NCBI GenBank assembly: GCA_023213395.1
Contig: CM041465.1
Coordinates: forward strand, 249,495,741 to 249,559,740
Reading direction: 5' to 3'
DNA length: 64,000 nt
DNA from: Cycas panzhihuaensis
Taxonomy: Eukaryota; Plantae; Cycadophyta
How positions within the stretch are numbered: the stretch's first letter is position 1; the number at the start of each line of letters is the position of its first letter. This document shows, in pieces, positions 12,078-26,110 of this stretch. The position numbers and the translations under genes were made by a program. The notes under the pieces are model-generated. The model was not told the origin of the DNA and made no database searches. It was given only the letters and a program-made list of their open reading frames with translations.

Positions 12078-14853
12078 TCAGACCGTGTTGTTAGTCTCTT
12101 CTTCATCAGATGACACTTCGGATGGCAGTTCTCCGTAAATGTTAGGTTCGTACTCTCGGGCATCATTCATATGATTGGTCTCTTTCATTGTGTGATATAG
12201 ATTGGCTTCGTCGAAAGTGGAAGAAGTTTCTTGGGTGGCGATCGTCAAACTGGATGCGTCGTCTGGGATGACTTCTATTGTATACTTCCCTTTTGCCAAC
12301 ATAGGGAGGACGACCTCGTTTCCTTCGTTCGTGAGGGTGAATGTCGCGTCTTTCCAGCTTTGTAAACACTCGGTCCGATACAACCATGATCTTTCTAATA
12401 ATGCTGGATAGGTGACCATGTCTTTGACAATGTCTACAATTGTGAAGTCGATGGAAATGATAATGCCGGCCAGGTTCACTTGGATATTCTCTAGCCGACC
12501 CACTAGTTTGACTAGTAGTTCGTTGGCCAACTTGAGTGAATAATCAGTTGATGCTAATTGTGGGCTCCCATGTTTCTTCCATGTTTGGATTGGTGAGACA
12601 TTTACAACTGCTTCTCCATCCACAATAACGTTTTTGAGGTTTACCCCCAAAATGCTAATATCCACTAAGGGATCCAAGTCGCAAGATGGTTTGATTTTAT
12701 TTAAACTTCTATAATCTTCCTTTGGGTGTATCTTCCCTCCTTTGATCCATTCAATGACTTTTCCTAATGGAATGGTTAAGTTTAATTGGTTAACCAAATC
12801 TTCCATTAGTATTAATTTCTGCAAAAGTTCTTTCGTTTTAGGGTTTCCTTTTGGGTTTTTCGGTAGTGTTTGCTCCTCTAATTTCTTATTCCTCCTTTGA
12901 TATACTTGCTTCACTTCTGGTTTTCCTAGGGGTAGTGATTTGAGTCCTTCTTCCTATGCAGCTTCTTTCAACATTTTTTTTGTAGTAGCAAAACAATCAA
13001 TTTCTACTTTAGGGTTAGGATAATCTTTTTCTCCTTCATTTCTTCGATTCTGCAAGTTGATATTTTTTGGGGATCCGGGTATAACTGTTACCCTGTTTAA
13101 GGCCTTACCCTTGCCTTTGCACTCCTTGGTGGTGTGAGTGCTTGGACCACAGTTCTTACACAAGTATAGGCATTCTTTTTGAATTTTCATTACTGGACAA
13201 TTTGACTTCCAGTGCCCATATTCCAAACATATCAAGCATCTACCGAGCGGAGGTTTCTTTCTTGGATTCTCCGGTTGGGTTCTAGTTGTATAGATTGTAT
13301 GAGTATTTCCATTATTTCTCCTTCGCCCTCTTTCTCGAGCGTTGGAACCTTTAGGATTGAAGTAACAATCTCACATATTATGTGTTCCTTGGTCGCAAAT
13401 ATGGCACCAAACATTTTGTTTGCAATTTCTCGCGTTACATTCACATTGCTTTGTGGTGTGAGTGCTTTCCTCACAAATATAGTACCATTTCTCAATCGGG
13501 GGTTCTTTACCTCTGTGTTTTGGAATCTTCCCCGGGGTTATCCTAGTGTTGTAACTTTAGCCTGGCCACCTTGTTTCTTAAGGCTTCTATCTCTGTGCTT
13601 CCCTCTATCTTGGTCATTTGGAATAGAGGTTTATTTAGATTCTGTGTCTTTAGTTCATAGATTTCTTCTTGCAATCTTACCACTAAGGGGTCATAAGCTA
13701 TCCTCTTAGTATTGATCTCCTTTTCAAAGTCCAAGGCCAACTCTTGTGCATGCTTATATGATTTCAATGGATGGGATGCCATTGCATTCCTTAGCTTAGC
13801 ATTCAGTCCATTCACGAAGAAAATACGCATGCTTAAATCCGTGATCTTCTCATTGGTGGTCATGGTGGTAGCGATCATGTCTATTCTGCTAATATAGGTC
13901 ATGACTGACTCTCCTGGCTTTTGTTGGATTTCCCTTAGTGTTAGCTCTATAATATCATTGTTTCTATATTTCAAAAATCTTGTTTCAAACTCCGTTTTGA
14001 TCTCATTCCATGATTTATGTTGGTCTAGTTGTTTATACCATGCCAATGGTACACTTCGTAGTGAATATGCAAACCTCTCTTTAATTTCATTCTCATCTGT
14101 GATTTTTTTGAGGTTAATCAATCTCTGGAATAAATAGATATGTTTTGCAACATCAGTTGAATCATCAAAGATGAGTTTCCTAAATTCCTTATGGTGTGCC
14201 ATTGTAGTCCTATCTTTCTTCTCTTCCCTTTGAGGTGGGGTTGTTGCCTTCACTTCAGGGAACTTCTTGTAGAGTCTCCTTGGTGGCGTCTCTTCCCTAC
14301 TATTTTCCTTCCTGAACAAAGGATTATGTATTGGTGATTTTCGTTGGATGATCCCTTGTATTCCTAGTATTTCCACCATTATTGGAGTTGTTATTATGTA
14401 TGATTGATCCTCGCTTCCATTCGATGGATCTTCGAAAAATTGTCTAATCAAGTGATTTTCCCAATGTGCTTGGGGACCTTCCTCCGCCTTTTCCTCATTG
14501 CCACTCAGGTCCTTTGGATTAGAGTCCAAACTTTATTCTGTCTCGTGGTTATTTGTTTCTTCTTCCTCTTGTTTCATATCTTTCTCTTCATTATAATATT
14601 TCCCTAGAGCAGGTGTGATTGTCATGGGCTCTCCTTGGCCTCTATTTTCTATTCCCCATGGTGTCTGGGCTCTACTTGCCTCAGATCCTTCCACTGACTC
14701 ATTTTGGTCTTCTTTCTTCTTAACACTTAATCTCCTTGCTCTCCTTATTTTCTTTTCTCGGGACCATTTGAGGGTTCTTTGCCTGCTTGATTTCGGTATC
14801 TCCTGAGGTTTTGCTTGTGACTCCTTCGCCTTCGAAGGTCGTTTAGGTGGCAT
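12078..14853 (-). pseudogene. Gypsy gag, zinc knuckle and aspartic protease region
   Basis: 13543-14529 Retrotrans_gag-like (LAWY..SWNEIKTEF, QKPGESV); Cys/His knuckles at 12954-13235; protease IVDGEAVVNV ... ALLERSWL at 12078-12914. Confidence 0.88.
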
Positions 14854-14986
14854 TGAAAGGTCCCCTGGCTGTCTAGGCTTAGTTAGAGCCTGCCATTACT
14901 GTGACATCTAGGGTGACTTGTTTTTTGGCACATGAATTTTCCGGTTTCTCTTCCCTTTGCTTAGTGGACTTAGGCAACAAAACCAA

Positions 14987-15695
14987 TGTTGACTGATTTG
15001 TTGCTCCCTATTGTAAATCTTCACTTGTCAAGGGTTTCCACTTTAGTCTAGGTTGTGTGCAAGTGGGTAACATACATATTCTTCATTAATCAAGCCACAT
15101 AAGTCCATAAATAACATACATTCCTCAATAAGTACACATAATTGTTCATGGAACTCTCTTATTTTATTAGACAATAGTCAAGATTACATTATACAAGGTC
15201 CATTTGGTCTGACTGGTCAATCGTACCAGATCGGGTACCGTTGGAATCTCTAACTTGGCTCTCACATCCATCTCAATGGACGGATGTGTTTAAATACATT
15301 GTCCATTCCTGTTACAGAACGATTGCGTCTATAGTCGCAATCATCCGTCCTTCCGAATGGACGTCTGTTCATTCCCAATCCCTTTGTTAATTTTTAACCA
15401 TTTGTTTGTTCGTACAACTGTCCACGTGTCACATCTGTACTGCAACCATTCCCATCTGTTTGTTGCGTTCCTTCAGCCCAACATCCATTCCTTCTGTCCA
15501 ATGTTTGTTGCTTCTATGTTCAGTGCGTTTCTGCTGCACAATGTTTGCTCCTATGATGGAATGGATTGCATTTCCAGCTCTATACCGTCCATTCCCTGTC
15601 TCGAATGCACGCTAGTTGACTGTTTTGTCAAAATGACTACTGGTTGTTCACTCGTTCCTTTTCCCGAATGCATGGTGTCAAATATAATCGCAACA
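14987..15695 (-). repeat. 5' LTR (about 709 bp) of the minus-strand Gypsy
   Basis: Inverted termini TGTTG/CAACA; PBS-like sequence adjacent; partner LTR absent, so the boundary is inferred. Confidence 0.65.
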
Positions 15696-18600
15696 CCCTC
15701 TTCCCCTTTTTTGTATATTTGCACATATGAATGCATGTTTGACACTTGCCAAACATGCAATGTCTTTGTATGCATGATTAATACTTGATCATGCAACATG
15801 CCTAAGGAGAGCCCTCTCACCTATATATGGAGACCATTTTCTCTTGTATGGATAATGAGAGTTGATTGTAATGTTATGCTACTGAGTTGAATACAAATCA
15901 TTCTTATTGGAGATAGGATCAATTCCTTCTCCTCCATATTATTTTGTGCTTATGTGTTTGTTGTTTCAAGTTTATTGTGGATGTGAATCATCTTGAGCTA
16001 GTCCTTTATTGTTCCCTTATGATCCAATTTTATCATTTTGGTATTAGGGCATTTAGGTTGGGGTTTTCATTTCAAATTTGAAGGTTAAGCATTTAAGAGC
16101 TTTCCTTTGGTGACGACTTTTGCAATACAAAGGCAATTCAAAGAAGTTTGGCTCATTCTCAGCTCTTAAAAATTTCAGAATAGCTATTTAACTTATTTTT
16201 TGGTTTAATAATGAAAAAAAAAATTCTATACATATACATCGTTTTGAGTTGTTCTAATTTGTAGGAAGAAAAGAGAAGAAATCTTGTTTTTCTTTGTCAG
16301 TGCATCTCTATTTATGAGCTGTAGGTTTTGTAAAAGCAAAAATTAGAAATCACTTTTGAGTTTTTGACTACCTTGCACCTTGGCTGCACACTGTTGGGTT
16401 CATTACACACTACTCAAACCTTGTTGGTAATCTCTTTAGTGATCTGCACTCTATTGGGCATCATCAATATTTGTTGGGTGCATTTTCTTTAGAGAAAACC
16501 CTTGCTGGGTGCTCGATTTCTTAATTGGGGGGCTATGTTCTTAGCTAGACACTGTAGATCCACTTGGGGATCATCGTACAAGCTTGGAGAGCCTCATAGT
16601 GACCAGAATCTTGACTTTTTGACTTACGGACTTGCATTTTTTGAAGCATTAGTCGTGCGCCTCCCATTTTCCTCATATGACTCATAAGTGGCGATTACAA
16701 GCTTAAAACAAATTGAATGACCTTCCATCATCATCATCAACATTGCACAAAGTGATTTCGTTGATCCTAGAACTTTCAAAAAATTTGCAAGTACTCTTTT
16801 TTTGACTCATACATTGTTTTTAAGCAATCTTTTGTTGTCTTAATGAGAAAAATTCACCATTGTACTTGATTTTAGGCTTCTTGCATGGTGTCCTATCTCA
16901 TTAAAATGGACTCAAAAAGCACACTAGCACCAATAAAGTTCCAACCTTTTAGAGTGTGGTAGGACCATCAAAGGTCCTAAGTCATTCTTGAGTGCTTATT
17001 GTTTGCTCAAATTTGCTTAGGGCTCTTTAAAAATATTTCTTTTTGTGCGCTAAGGAAGGAATCTTACAAAGCACTACATGCAAGCAAGTATTTTGTTTTA
17101 TCATATCAACATCATACTTGGCAGTATTTAAGCTTTATTTTAAGCATTAACTTATTTGGAAAAATTCGAATAACTTCATTTAGCAATTCACTACACATCA
17201 TTTCATTAAGATCTATTAAATTCTCTAAGTTGGGAGGCTTGAAAAAGGTTCTAAACTTGGCCTCAAAGTTTTAAGATTAGTGTATTTTCTAGGGGACCAA
17301 CTGGGTCATATGGCCAATACACAACAATTAAAACATTTTTTGTGGGAGTGGTTTGAAAAATGTGTTATTAGAGCTATGAATTGTAAGGAAAACACGGTAT
17401 AACTGTGTAGATCAACCCTACCTTTATATACTAAAACTTGATATTTGGCCAACTATTGGATCTCCTTTATAGATTAGGGTTAGACTAGTTGATAGGCTAA
17501 CCTCTACCTCACATTCTTCAATTATTGGATGTTTTCATAGATTAGGGTTGGTGGTGTGTTTACAAGTGAAACTTAAGCGACAAAAACTTAAGAGTTTCAA
17601 AATCAATCTTTTAGTTATAAAAACTTAATTTTAAAATTGTTTGCTATATCAATGTTTAATGCAAGTCCTATTAAGCTCAATGGACCTGAAAATTTTCAAG
17701 GTTGGAAGAAACAAGCAAAGAACTTGTTAATTATGAATTAACTATGGAGTTATGCATGCGGAAGATTTTCTAAACTTGCTCCTACTCCAACTCTTGCAAA
17801 TTTAAATGTGATGGTTCCTACATATCTTGTTACTATTGTTGCTTGTGAAGCTAAAAATGAGATAGCATTAGCATTTTTGCACATGACAATATATGATGTT
17901 GTTGATCAAAACATAGCTAATGCATCCACTTTAAAAGAAGCTTGGGATATTTTGTTATCTTTGTATGAAAGGCTAGATGATGCTCGCATAGTTATCTCCA
18001 AAGCTACATTGTTTAGCATTAAATTTGTTGAGTCTGTGATGGCTTTCTTGTTAAATGTAAAGGAAATTAATAATTAATTGACAACATTAGGCAAGCCAAC
18101 TACATATGAAGACCTTGTAATTGCGACCATTCATGCATTGCCAAGGGAGTACAATGGCTTCATTTCTTTAGTCACTCGAGGAGGCACTTTGGGCACAATG
18201 ACTTTCAATCAACTAAAAAGTCTCTTAATACAAGAAGAGGAAATCTACTCTTGTCAGGATGAAAGGACAATTTCTGATGCTTTTAGTGCAATGCACAAAG
18301 GTAAGCAACCTATGGCCCTAAAGCAAAACTTTTAGAAAATGTTTGAAAATTTTAATATAAATGCTTCCAAATTTAAAATAGTTGTATGTAAGTATTGTGG
18401 CAAGGTTGGCCACATTAAGCCTTAATGTAGAAAGAGACAGCATGATATGCAACAATAGTAGTAACAACAACAACAACTACCATAAAGACCAAATGGAGGT
18501 GCATATTGAGGATGTCGTCGTGGAAGTCAAAGGGGGGCATACAGAGGTGGCTATCGAAGCCATAATAATTAGTATGATGGTGAAAATTTGTTTTATACAT

Positions 18601-21107
18601 ATGACAACAACAACAGTTACAACACTTGCATTGTTAACTCTAGTGCATCCTGTCACATGATAGGTGATGCTGAATTTTTAGAAGATATTGAAGAGAATAA
18701 GGGATAAACAATTACTTTTGGAAATAATCAAAGTGTTCAAATTTTTGGTGTTGGAAAAATTGTCTCATTCAACACTCACAGAACCTTGCTTGATCATTTA
18801 CTAATGGCAACTTCTTTCTAGTTCCATCCATGTCGAGAAATCTCCTCTCTGTTAGCCAACTTGACAAGCAATGGATGAGTTTGCTATTTAAAAATGGGAA
18901 ATGCACAATAAGTGACAGAAAAAACCAAGTTGTTGCTATTGGTCATGAGGGCCATGGACTTTACAAAAAGACGTAGCAAATCCCATGCCTACATCACAGT
19001 CACTTACTAAGGTAAACCTATGGCATAATAGGTTAGGTCACTTGAACCTAAAGAGTATCAAATTGATGTTCAGAAAAAACATGGTGTTTGGCTTACCTAA
19101 GATCTCAACGGGTAAATGCTTATGTGAAGTTTGCATTATGAGGAAACAATATAGAGAACTTTTTCAAAAAGGTCAAGCATGGAGTGCAAAATAATTATTG
19201 TAGCTGGTATACATAGATATTTGTGGACCTATGTCTATGTAGTTGTTTGGTGGAGCACTCTTTTTCATCCCCTTCATCGATGACTTCTCTCACAAAGTTT
19301 AGATATATTGTACAAAACACAAATCAGAAGCATTTTCTAAGTTCAAGGAATTCAAACTTGCTGTAGAGGAGTCCAATATGCAAATTAAGATCTTGCGATT
19401 TGACAATAGAGGTGAATTTACTTCTAAAGAATTCAACTAGTTTTGCATTGATAATGGCATCAAATATCAGTTTACTACCCCATATACACCACAATAAAAT
19501 GGGGTAGTAGAGAGGATGAACATAACTCTTATAAGCAAAACAAAGACAATGATGCATGTCAAAGGTCTCCCACAACCATATTGGGCAGAGGCATTTCAGA
19601 CAACTACCTAGTTACAAATAGAAGCTCCACAATTGTAATCTAGGATATGACACCAAAGGAGGATTAGATTGGCAAGAAATGTACTGTTAGCCATCTATGC
19701 ACTTTTGGGTGCACTACATAGATGCACATTCCTTGACAACAAAGATGTAAACTTGATGATAAAAGTTTAAAATGCATCTTTATTGGTTATGCAGTAGGAA
19801 GCAAAGTTTATTGGAGATATGACCCCATTAGAAGAAAAGCACATATAACCAGGGATATAATTTTTGTTGAAGATAATGAGGAAATGGATGCTACCTCTAT
19901 TCATATGCCTTTTGATAAAGGCAAAACGATTGAGGAGGATTTTCTACTCTCAACATCGTCAACACCATGTACTTCATCAACACCTGTCTTTCCTTCATTG
20001 TCTACTTCAACTCCATCCACTTCTACGGCTCCTCCACTTGATTCTGGTTGTCCATTTGACATTGTACGACCTTTGCAGGCTTAGAATATTGATGTGACAA
20101 TGACAATGATGAAGAAATTACCAAAACGGTACCTACAAACTATGGAGGATGTACATACTAAAGAAGGAAAACGTCCATTTAAAATACGGTAATAGAATGT
20201 GAATTACGCACTGATGGCTGAAGTGCTAATTATTGACGAGCCTTCCAACTTTGAGGAGGCATGCAAAGAAAAAAGTGAAATGCCACTATGAATGATGAGG
20301 TCCATTCTATTCAAAAGAATGGAACTTGGGATTTGGTTAAATTGCTTGAAGGTAAGAAGGCAATAAGTTGTAAATGGGTCTATAAAACCAAATTTTGGGC
20401 TGATATTTCAATCGAGCGACACAAAGCTTGACTAGTGGCTAAGGGATTTAAACAAATAGAAGGCATTGATGAAACCTTTGCACCGGTAGCTAACATGAAC
20501 ACCATTATACTTATAATGGCCTTAGCAACACAATGCAAATGGCCTATTTTTTAGATGGATGTCAAAACCACCTTTCTTAATGACAATCTTTTAGAGGAGG
20601 TATATTTGGAGCAACCTCCTAGCTACAGTGATCAAGGCAAAGAACATATGGTTTGTTGCCTTAAAAAGGCTTTGTATGGCTTGAAGTAGGCCTCACATGC
20701 TTGGTATTTCAAAATTGATGATTACTTTGTGGGACATGGGTTTCATCGATCCTTATTAGATCTAAATTTGCACATAAAGGTTTGAAAACAACACGTGACC
20801 TTTCTCATATTATATGATGATGACTTAATTATTACATGAAGTGATATTGAAATGATTGAAAGTCTCGAAAGGGATTTGAAGAGAAGTTTTGAGATGACAG
20901 ATCTTGGACTTCTTCACTACTTTTCAGGGATGGAGGTGTGGTAGCAATGAGGTGACAACTTCATTTCTCAAGCTAAATACACTTGGGATATTTTGTAGTG
21001 ATTTAGAATGGAGGACTGCAAATTTGCATTTACATGGATGGAGACTGATATCAAACTTTCACTTGATGAGGATGCAAAATTAATTGATTCCACTCTTTTA
21101 TACCTAA
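15696..21107 (+). mobile_element. Truncated decayed Ty1/Copia (Copia-3)
   Basis: Partial 5' LTR ending TATCA at 16035; PBS-like TGGTATTAGGGC at 16039-16050; 1.6-kb leader; gag-pol from 17652 breaks off in late RT. Confidence 0.85.
17652..21107 (+). pseudogene. Copia gag-pol pseudogene lacking RNase H
   Basis: KLNGPENFQGWK, KEAWDIL, CKYCGKVGH knuckle, LWHNRLGH, VHIDICGP, LVAKGF, MTDLGLLHYF. Confidence 0.9.
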
Positions 21108-21154
21108 TGTGTCAAAGTACACACCCACACTATTCCTAGTGTTGTATCATATTC

Positions 21155-22365
21155 TGTAACATAACCCCACTTTCCTAAGCACTAGTAAGCGAGAATCACC
21201 AAAGGGTTAAGGATTGATGTTTGTTATTAAGATTTGTGCATTGGCTGCTAAGCCCTCCAATAAGATGTAAGGCCACTAAGGCCATCAATAAGATCACAAG
21301 AAGGAGACCCCCGCATGTCTATTTAAAGGGCCAAAGATCACTTCTAAGGTTGTACAAGATTATTATTTATTGAAGGGAAAGGTGCTTCGGTACTCCCTTT
21401 GGTGCTTATCTTGTTTGTGTGATCTGTTTAAATGTTTTGTTATAAATAAGTGCGACATTTGGCCTTTTGTCTCCCGTTGTGCTGAATTTGCTAGGCTAGT
21501 TTTTTAAAAGAAACACTCTGAGTGTTATCAGAGCTAGGTTACGTGATTCTGAGGAGCTACTCAGTGGGCAAAAATTGGGAAATTTTTTTCCGCCAGATTG
21601 AGTACTTTCTCTACTCAAGTAGAGATTGAGGAAAGACCATCGCTTAATGCTCTCTCCACAGGGAGATTGATGAATGGAACTAGTACCATTTAGGAGTCGT
21701 GAAGGAAGGGGAAATTTTTCCCTTGGGTAACACCCAACACTTCCTTTTTCTTTCTTTGTATTCATTCAGTTCAATTAATTTATTTCAATCTTTGTGCTGG
21801 AGTCATTAGTTTAAGGGTAGATAATGCTGCTTGGCGGCTACCCTTCTCGCTCCCACCCCTCATTCCCGGGTAGATAATTGCATGTGGCAGCTACCCAAAG
21901 TAGTTAGGTACATACCCTGTATTGGGGGTCTATAAAAATTGTAGGGATTTGTTGTTTGGCTAAGTGCACCGTGGCTTTTCCGTCCCTTGCATGAAGGATT
22001 GGAGATAACACTTTTGAACCAAGCCCTAGACAGAACTTGGCTACGAAATTGCACCTCCACATACCCTTGGATATATATGAGGACCCCTATAGGATTCTTT
22101 CTCCATCTTAGCATAGGTAGGCTTGCAACCATTTATCTTTTGTGGTGCACAGGTTAGCGGTTAGCATCCAGAAGTTACTATGCCTGAACACCTTTGCACG
22201 ACTGTAGACCTTATGGAGACAGTCATTCCTCCGTAGGTAGTGCCCTGAGATATTGGGCTGAGCTATAGTATTAACAGAGAAGTTTATTGTAGAGCCTGTA
22301 GAATCAAACACTCCTCTGTCAAGTGTGTGGTAGGCTTCCTCGAAGTCAACATCGAGCCTGTGACA
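21155..22365 (+). repeat. Probable LTR (about 1.2 kb) of another element that interrupts Copia-3
   Basis: TGTAAC...GTGACA near-inverted termini; TATA-like CTATTTAAA near 21320; degenerate PBS-like sequence follows; no partner or TSD found. Confidence 0.45.
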
Positions 22366-23216
22366 TTGCTAGTATAGCCTAGAAAGCAAGGGTTGTAATT
22401 TTTTCAATTTTGCGCTGATTCAGAAACACCTTGAACAAGCGAGTTAGCTGAAAACGTCCATAGCAAAAAAATTACTATTAAAAGTCATGTCTTATTTCGA
22501 TTAGCACGTTGTGCTAGTCATTTTGCACTAGGTTAATTTCTGCAGATAGTTTTTACGCTTAACAATACCCCGATCGCTGGTGTCCCCCGCTGCCCAAATT
22601 TCACCTTTAAATCTCATCTATCCCATTTCTACGAGCTCTTCACACTTGTCCAAATGGACTAGGTATCTTGGTTATGTAATTTTCGGGGTCAATAGGCTAT
22701 AGACACCTCACATCCCCTTCTTTGCCCCATCTCTTCTTTGTAACATCTCCCTAGTTCTTAAATCCCATTTCTTCTTGATCTTTTCCACTTCGTATATTCC
22801 CCCGTTCTTTCTGCTTATTCCCTTCTTTGTTAAGTCAATTCTGTAGTACTGATGGCACTGACACAGGGAGAGAAAATTGCTGACTTGAACCAAGACTTGC
22901 AGAATTTCAAACAAGATGCATACAACAAACTTGACAACCTCCCGACGAAAGCAAACTTTGATTGCACTAAAGCAGAACTTCTTGAGCCGCTCAATTGGAT
23001 GCTGCAAAATTGGATGTTACAAATGGTGGTGGACAACAATCCAAGGTTGAAACTTTCATAACATTTGCAATTTTGCTCCAAACCTTGCAATTTAACCACT
23101 CAAAATTTACGACATGCATTTGATCATCTCAAATATGTGGTCACTTTCTTAAAATTCAACTGTTTACACCTCCAAAATCATTGATCTTTGGTAAAACCCT
23201 AATTGTCCAAAACTGT

Positions 23217-23228
23217 GCTCTGATATCA
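23217..23228 (-). promoter_or_regulatory. tRNA-iMet PBS of a minus-strand LTR relic whose LTR begins TGTAA at 23231
   Basis: GCTCTGATATCA is the reverse complement of TGATATCAGAGC (1 mismatch). Confidence 0.6.
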
Positions 23229-23526
23229 CTTGTAATGAACCCAAAACCAAAATGGAAATAAAATTCTTAAATTATAATAGGAAATTACAACAAAATCATC
23301 CTTGGCCCCAAAGGTGCCAGAAGGAATAAATTCCAAATTGAAATAAATTCATGAGTTTAAAGTCGAATGAGTGAACCTTTATAGAACGATTTCCCTTAAT
23401 TATTTTAATCATATATGAAGTCGGTATTTTTCTTGGGTTACATGAATAGAACCATACTTTAATTATTTTAATCCTTTTTAATTCCATTTGAAATCCGTAT
23501 TTTTCTCAAGATGCGGGAACACAACA

Positions 23527-24553
23527 TATAATGTTCTTCACCTCGAGATCATTGGGTCCCTCAAACATCAATTCTCTCATCCTCATATTCTTCACCCCTA
23601 GTTCAATAGGTCCTTTGAACATCAATCAATCCTTGTTATTGGGTTCCTTTTACATCCCATCATTTACAAATAAGAGCTAAGCATTACACTATTGATAATT
23701 GTTACCAAAAGTACAACAACATCATTATTTATGCGGTTATATAAATTAAACTATGGTCACCTTGCATTACCTTAGAATTTGTATGCTAGTTAGAGCACAT
23801 CTCATCACGTTTTTCTTCACTATGAGAATGAAGTCTATTTAAGGATGTGACCGCCCAAAGTTTTGCATGTAGTCATAGGGGGAGAGAGTTGTGATCCTGA
23901 AATGTAGGTGGTTGAAGCAAAGGCAACACAACAACTAGACAAGTTTTTTCATCCTAGTCAAGTTGAGTTTTTTCTCATTTACAGGTAGGATTGAATGATA
24001 GTGGTAGCAAATGAATTGGCTTATAATTATGCATAAGCTAGTAATGATGAGCTGTGTATCTAAGGGATGTCCTAGCAATTGGTGGGCATAGTGGCTAGTT
24101 ACTTATGTGTCTCGGTGTATGGTTGTGTCTTATTTAGATTTCACTCTAATAATAACGATGAACTATGTATTTGAGGGACATCCTAACAACTAGCTGTTAC
24201 AACAAGTAATTACCCATGTGTTCTAGTGGATAGTCCTGTCCTTTTATAGACTTCATTCTCATAGTGAAAAAAAGAGTGATGGGTTGTGCTCTAACTAGTG
24301 TATATTCTAAAGTATATAGAGTGACCATAGTTTAATTTGTAAGGCCTCCTAAACAATGATGTAGTTGGGTTCTTGGTAATGATTGTTAGTAGTGTTATGT
24401 TTAGTTTTGATTTGTAAACAATGGGATGTACGAGGAATCTAATATTAATGATAGATTAATATTTTAGGGGCCTAGTGATCCAATGGTGAAGAACATGAGG
24501 ATGATAGAATTGATGTTAAAGGAACCTAATGATCAGTGGTGAAGAATGCTATA
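23527..24553. repeat. Long imperfect inverted repeat (arms about 23527-23850 and 24231-24553)
   Basis: For example TTCACTATGAGAATGAAGTCTAT (about 23816) pairs exactly with ATAGACTTCATTCTCATAGTGAA (about 24246); arms are collinear in reverse over about 320 bp. Confidence 0.85.
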
Positions 24554-26064
24554 CAAGGGTGTGTTGAAGGAGGATAGGCAACCTATAAAGGGATTGAGTA
24601 ATAGCATATGCTATATGAGGACTAGCAACCCAATATGATGATAGATGGGATGTTTGAGGAACCTAATGATAGTAGTAAAGAACATTATACTCGATAATTA
24701 AGGGGAGAAGTACATTGTCAAAGTGTTATATAAAGCAGCCCTAGTCATGCCCATGATATCATTACTTTCACTTGAAAGACAATGACAACAAAGGTATTTT
24801 GTGTTACAAGGTCACTTGTAGCTCCCATGACGTTGTTAAGGAAGACTCACGATTAGCTCAAAATTTTGAGGGGGAGGAAGGAGCTAATTAGGCCATTGAA
24901 TCTTGAAAGTTTTGAACTAATTTATGCTAGTGAGGACAATCAAAGGGTTGGTGTTGGGCGAGATGTGTGTCGATAAGTCTTCACAAAATTTTGGAGCCAT
25001 TTTAATGGCATTCAAGCTTAAAAGTTTGTTGATAGTTGCAACCAAAGATTAGACAATTGTGATTAGAGATGGTGATCGTGATCCACTTATTGCAATGGGT
25101 GATGTGGCAATCTCAACCGACTTAAATCCATTGTGCATCTTTTTGCTCTATTTTGTTATTGTCTTAATATAAAGTTAATTAATGAGTCAATTAGGAGTTA
25201 GTTGGGAAACCAGTTAGGGGAAAAGCGTATAAAAGATTGAATGATATAACTGTTAGACGTTTATGAAGAGGTATATGTTGGCCCATATTTCTCTATTTAG
25301 GATGTAACATCTAATCTTTGGTTTGAGTCTAAGGTAATCTGGGCTACTATACTTTGGGCCTACATTTGGTTGTGAGGACCGGATGCAATCCACATCTTCT
25401 AAATATATGAGATTGCCTCAAGATTCGTGTGCAATGTATGATTGGTTCTGTGATGGTTTCATGATGGCATTTTTAGTGTGCTTTCTACTTTGCCTGATTC
25501 ATAAAACTTCCACAAAAGGACAAAATATGAAGTGCACAAATCATAAATTGATCAATCAAAAGCCAATACAACTGTGGAAATTTTAGTATGTCAAAACAAC
25601 ATGATAGGCATTTTCCAAGAGGTAGTATTTTTCATTGAACAACATACAACTAGAGCCTCTAGCTTCTTAGCAAATGCAAAGACATAAGGTAATACTACCT
25701 GCATCTTAAATGAATCTAATATTAACAATTGTAGTTGTGAAAAGCTTACATGCACCAAAGTGTACATTGTCCATCTCATTTCATTTATTCTTTTCTACAT
25801 TACTCTTAAGGCTTGTAGCAAATAGGTTGAGTCAATATCATCATATGTAATTATGAGGAATACATGGTAACATATTAACATGCACACCATGGGATAGAAT
25901 AACACTCTTGGCACAATAAAATTATGAGGTGTGTGGGACCATACATTTCCATAAGTTTAAAGTTTTGAGCGGTATCTATATGTTAATTTTCAATTGTTTA
26001 TTATTTTAATTCATTTCATTGTAATTCTTATTATCATGATAAAACTTCAATAAATTTTCACTTT

Positions 26065-26066
<2 letters not shown>

Positions 26067-26108
<42 letters not shown>

Positions 26109-26110
26109 AT
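26067..26110. repeat. (AT)n microsatellite
   Basis: About 17 perfect AT units plus a degenerate tail. Confidence 0.95.

Larger units (their letters stand above)
9427..15695 (-). mobile_element. Non-chromoviral Ty3/Gypsy (Athila/Tat-like), 3'-truncated after RNase H
   Basis: LTR 14987-15695 (TGTTG...CAACA); decayed tRNA-Asp-like PBS at about 14971-14985; gag, zinc knuckles, protease, RT (FLDDW), RNase H (HIDASQYAIG, KPGKAHIFVDHLS); no integrase or 3' LTR. Confidence 0.88.

Noticed and set aside
15696-15706. CCCTCTTCCCC as a minus-strand PPT, implying tandem Gypsy elements sharing one LTR
   Set aside because: The sequence beyond it is the plus-strand Copia-3 LTR leading to its own PBS, with no Gypsy integrase, so it is better read as target DNA.
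13212-15820. Numerous 60-165 aa ORFs antisense to TE genes or inside LTRs, here and throughout the ORF track
   Set aside because: These are shadow frames of purine-biased TE sequence with no independent motifs.
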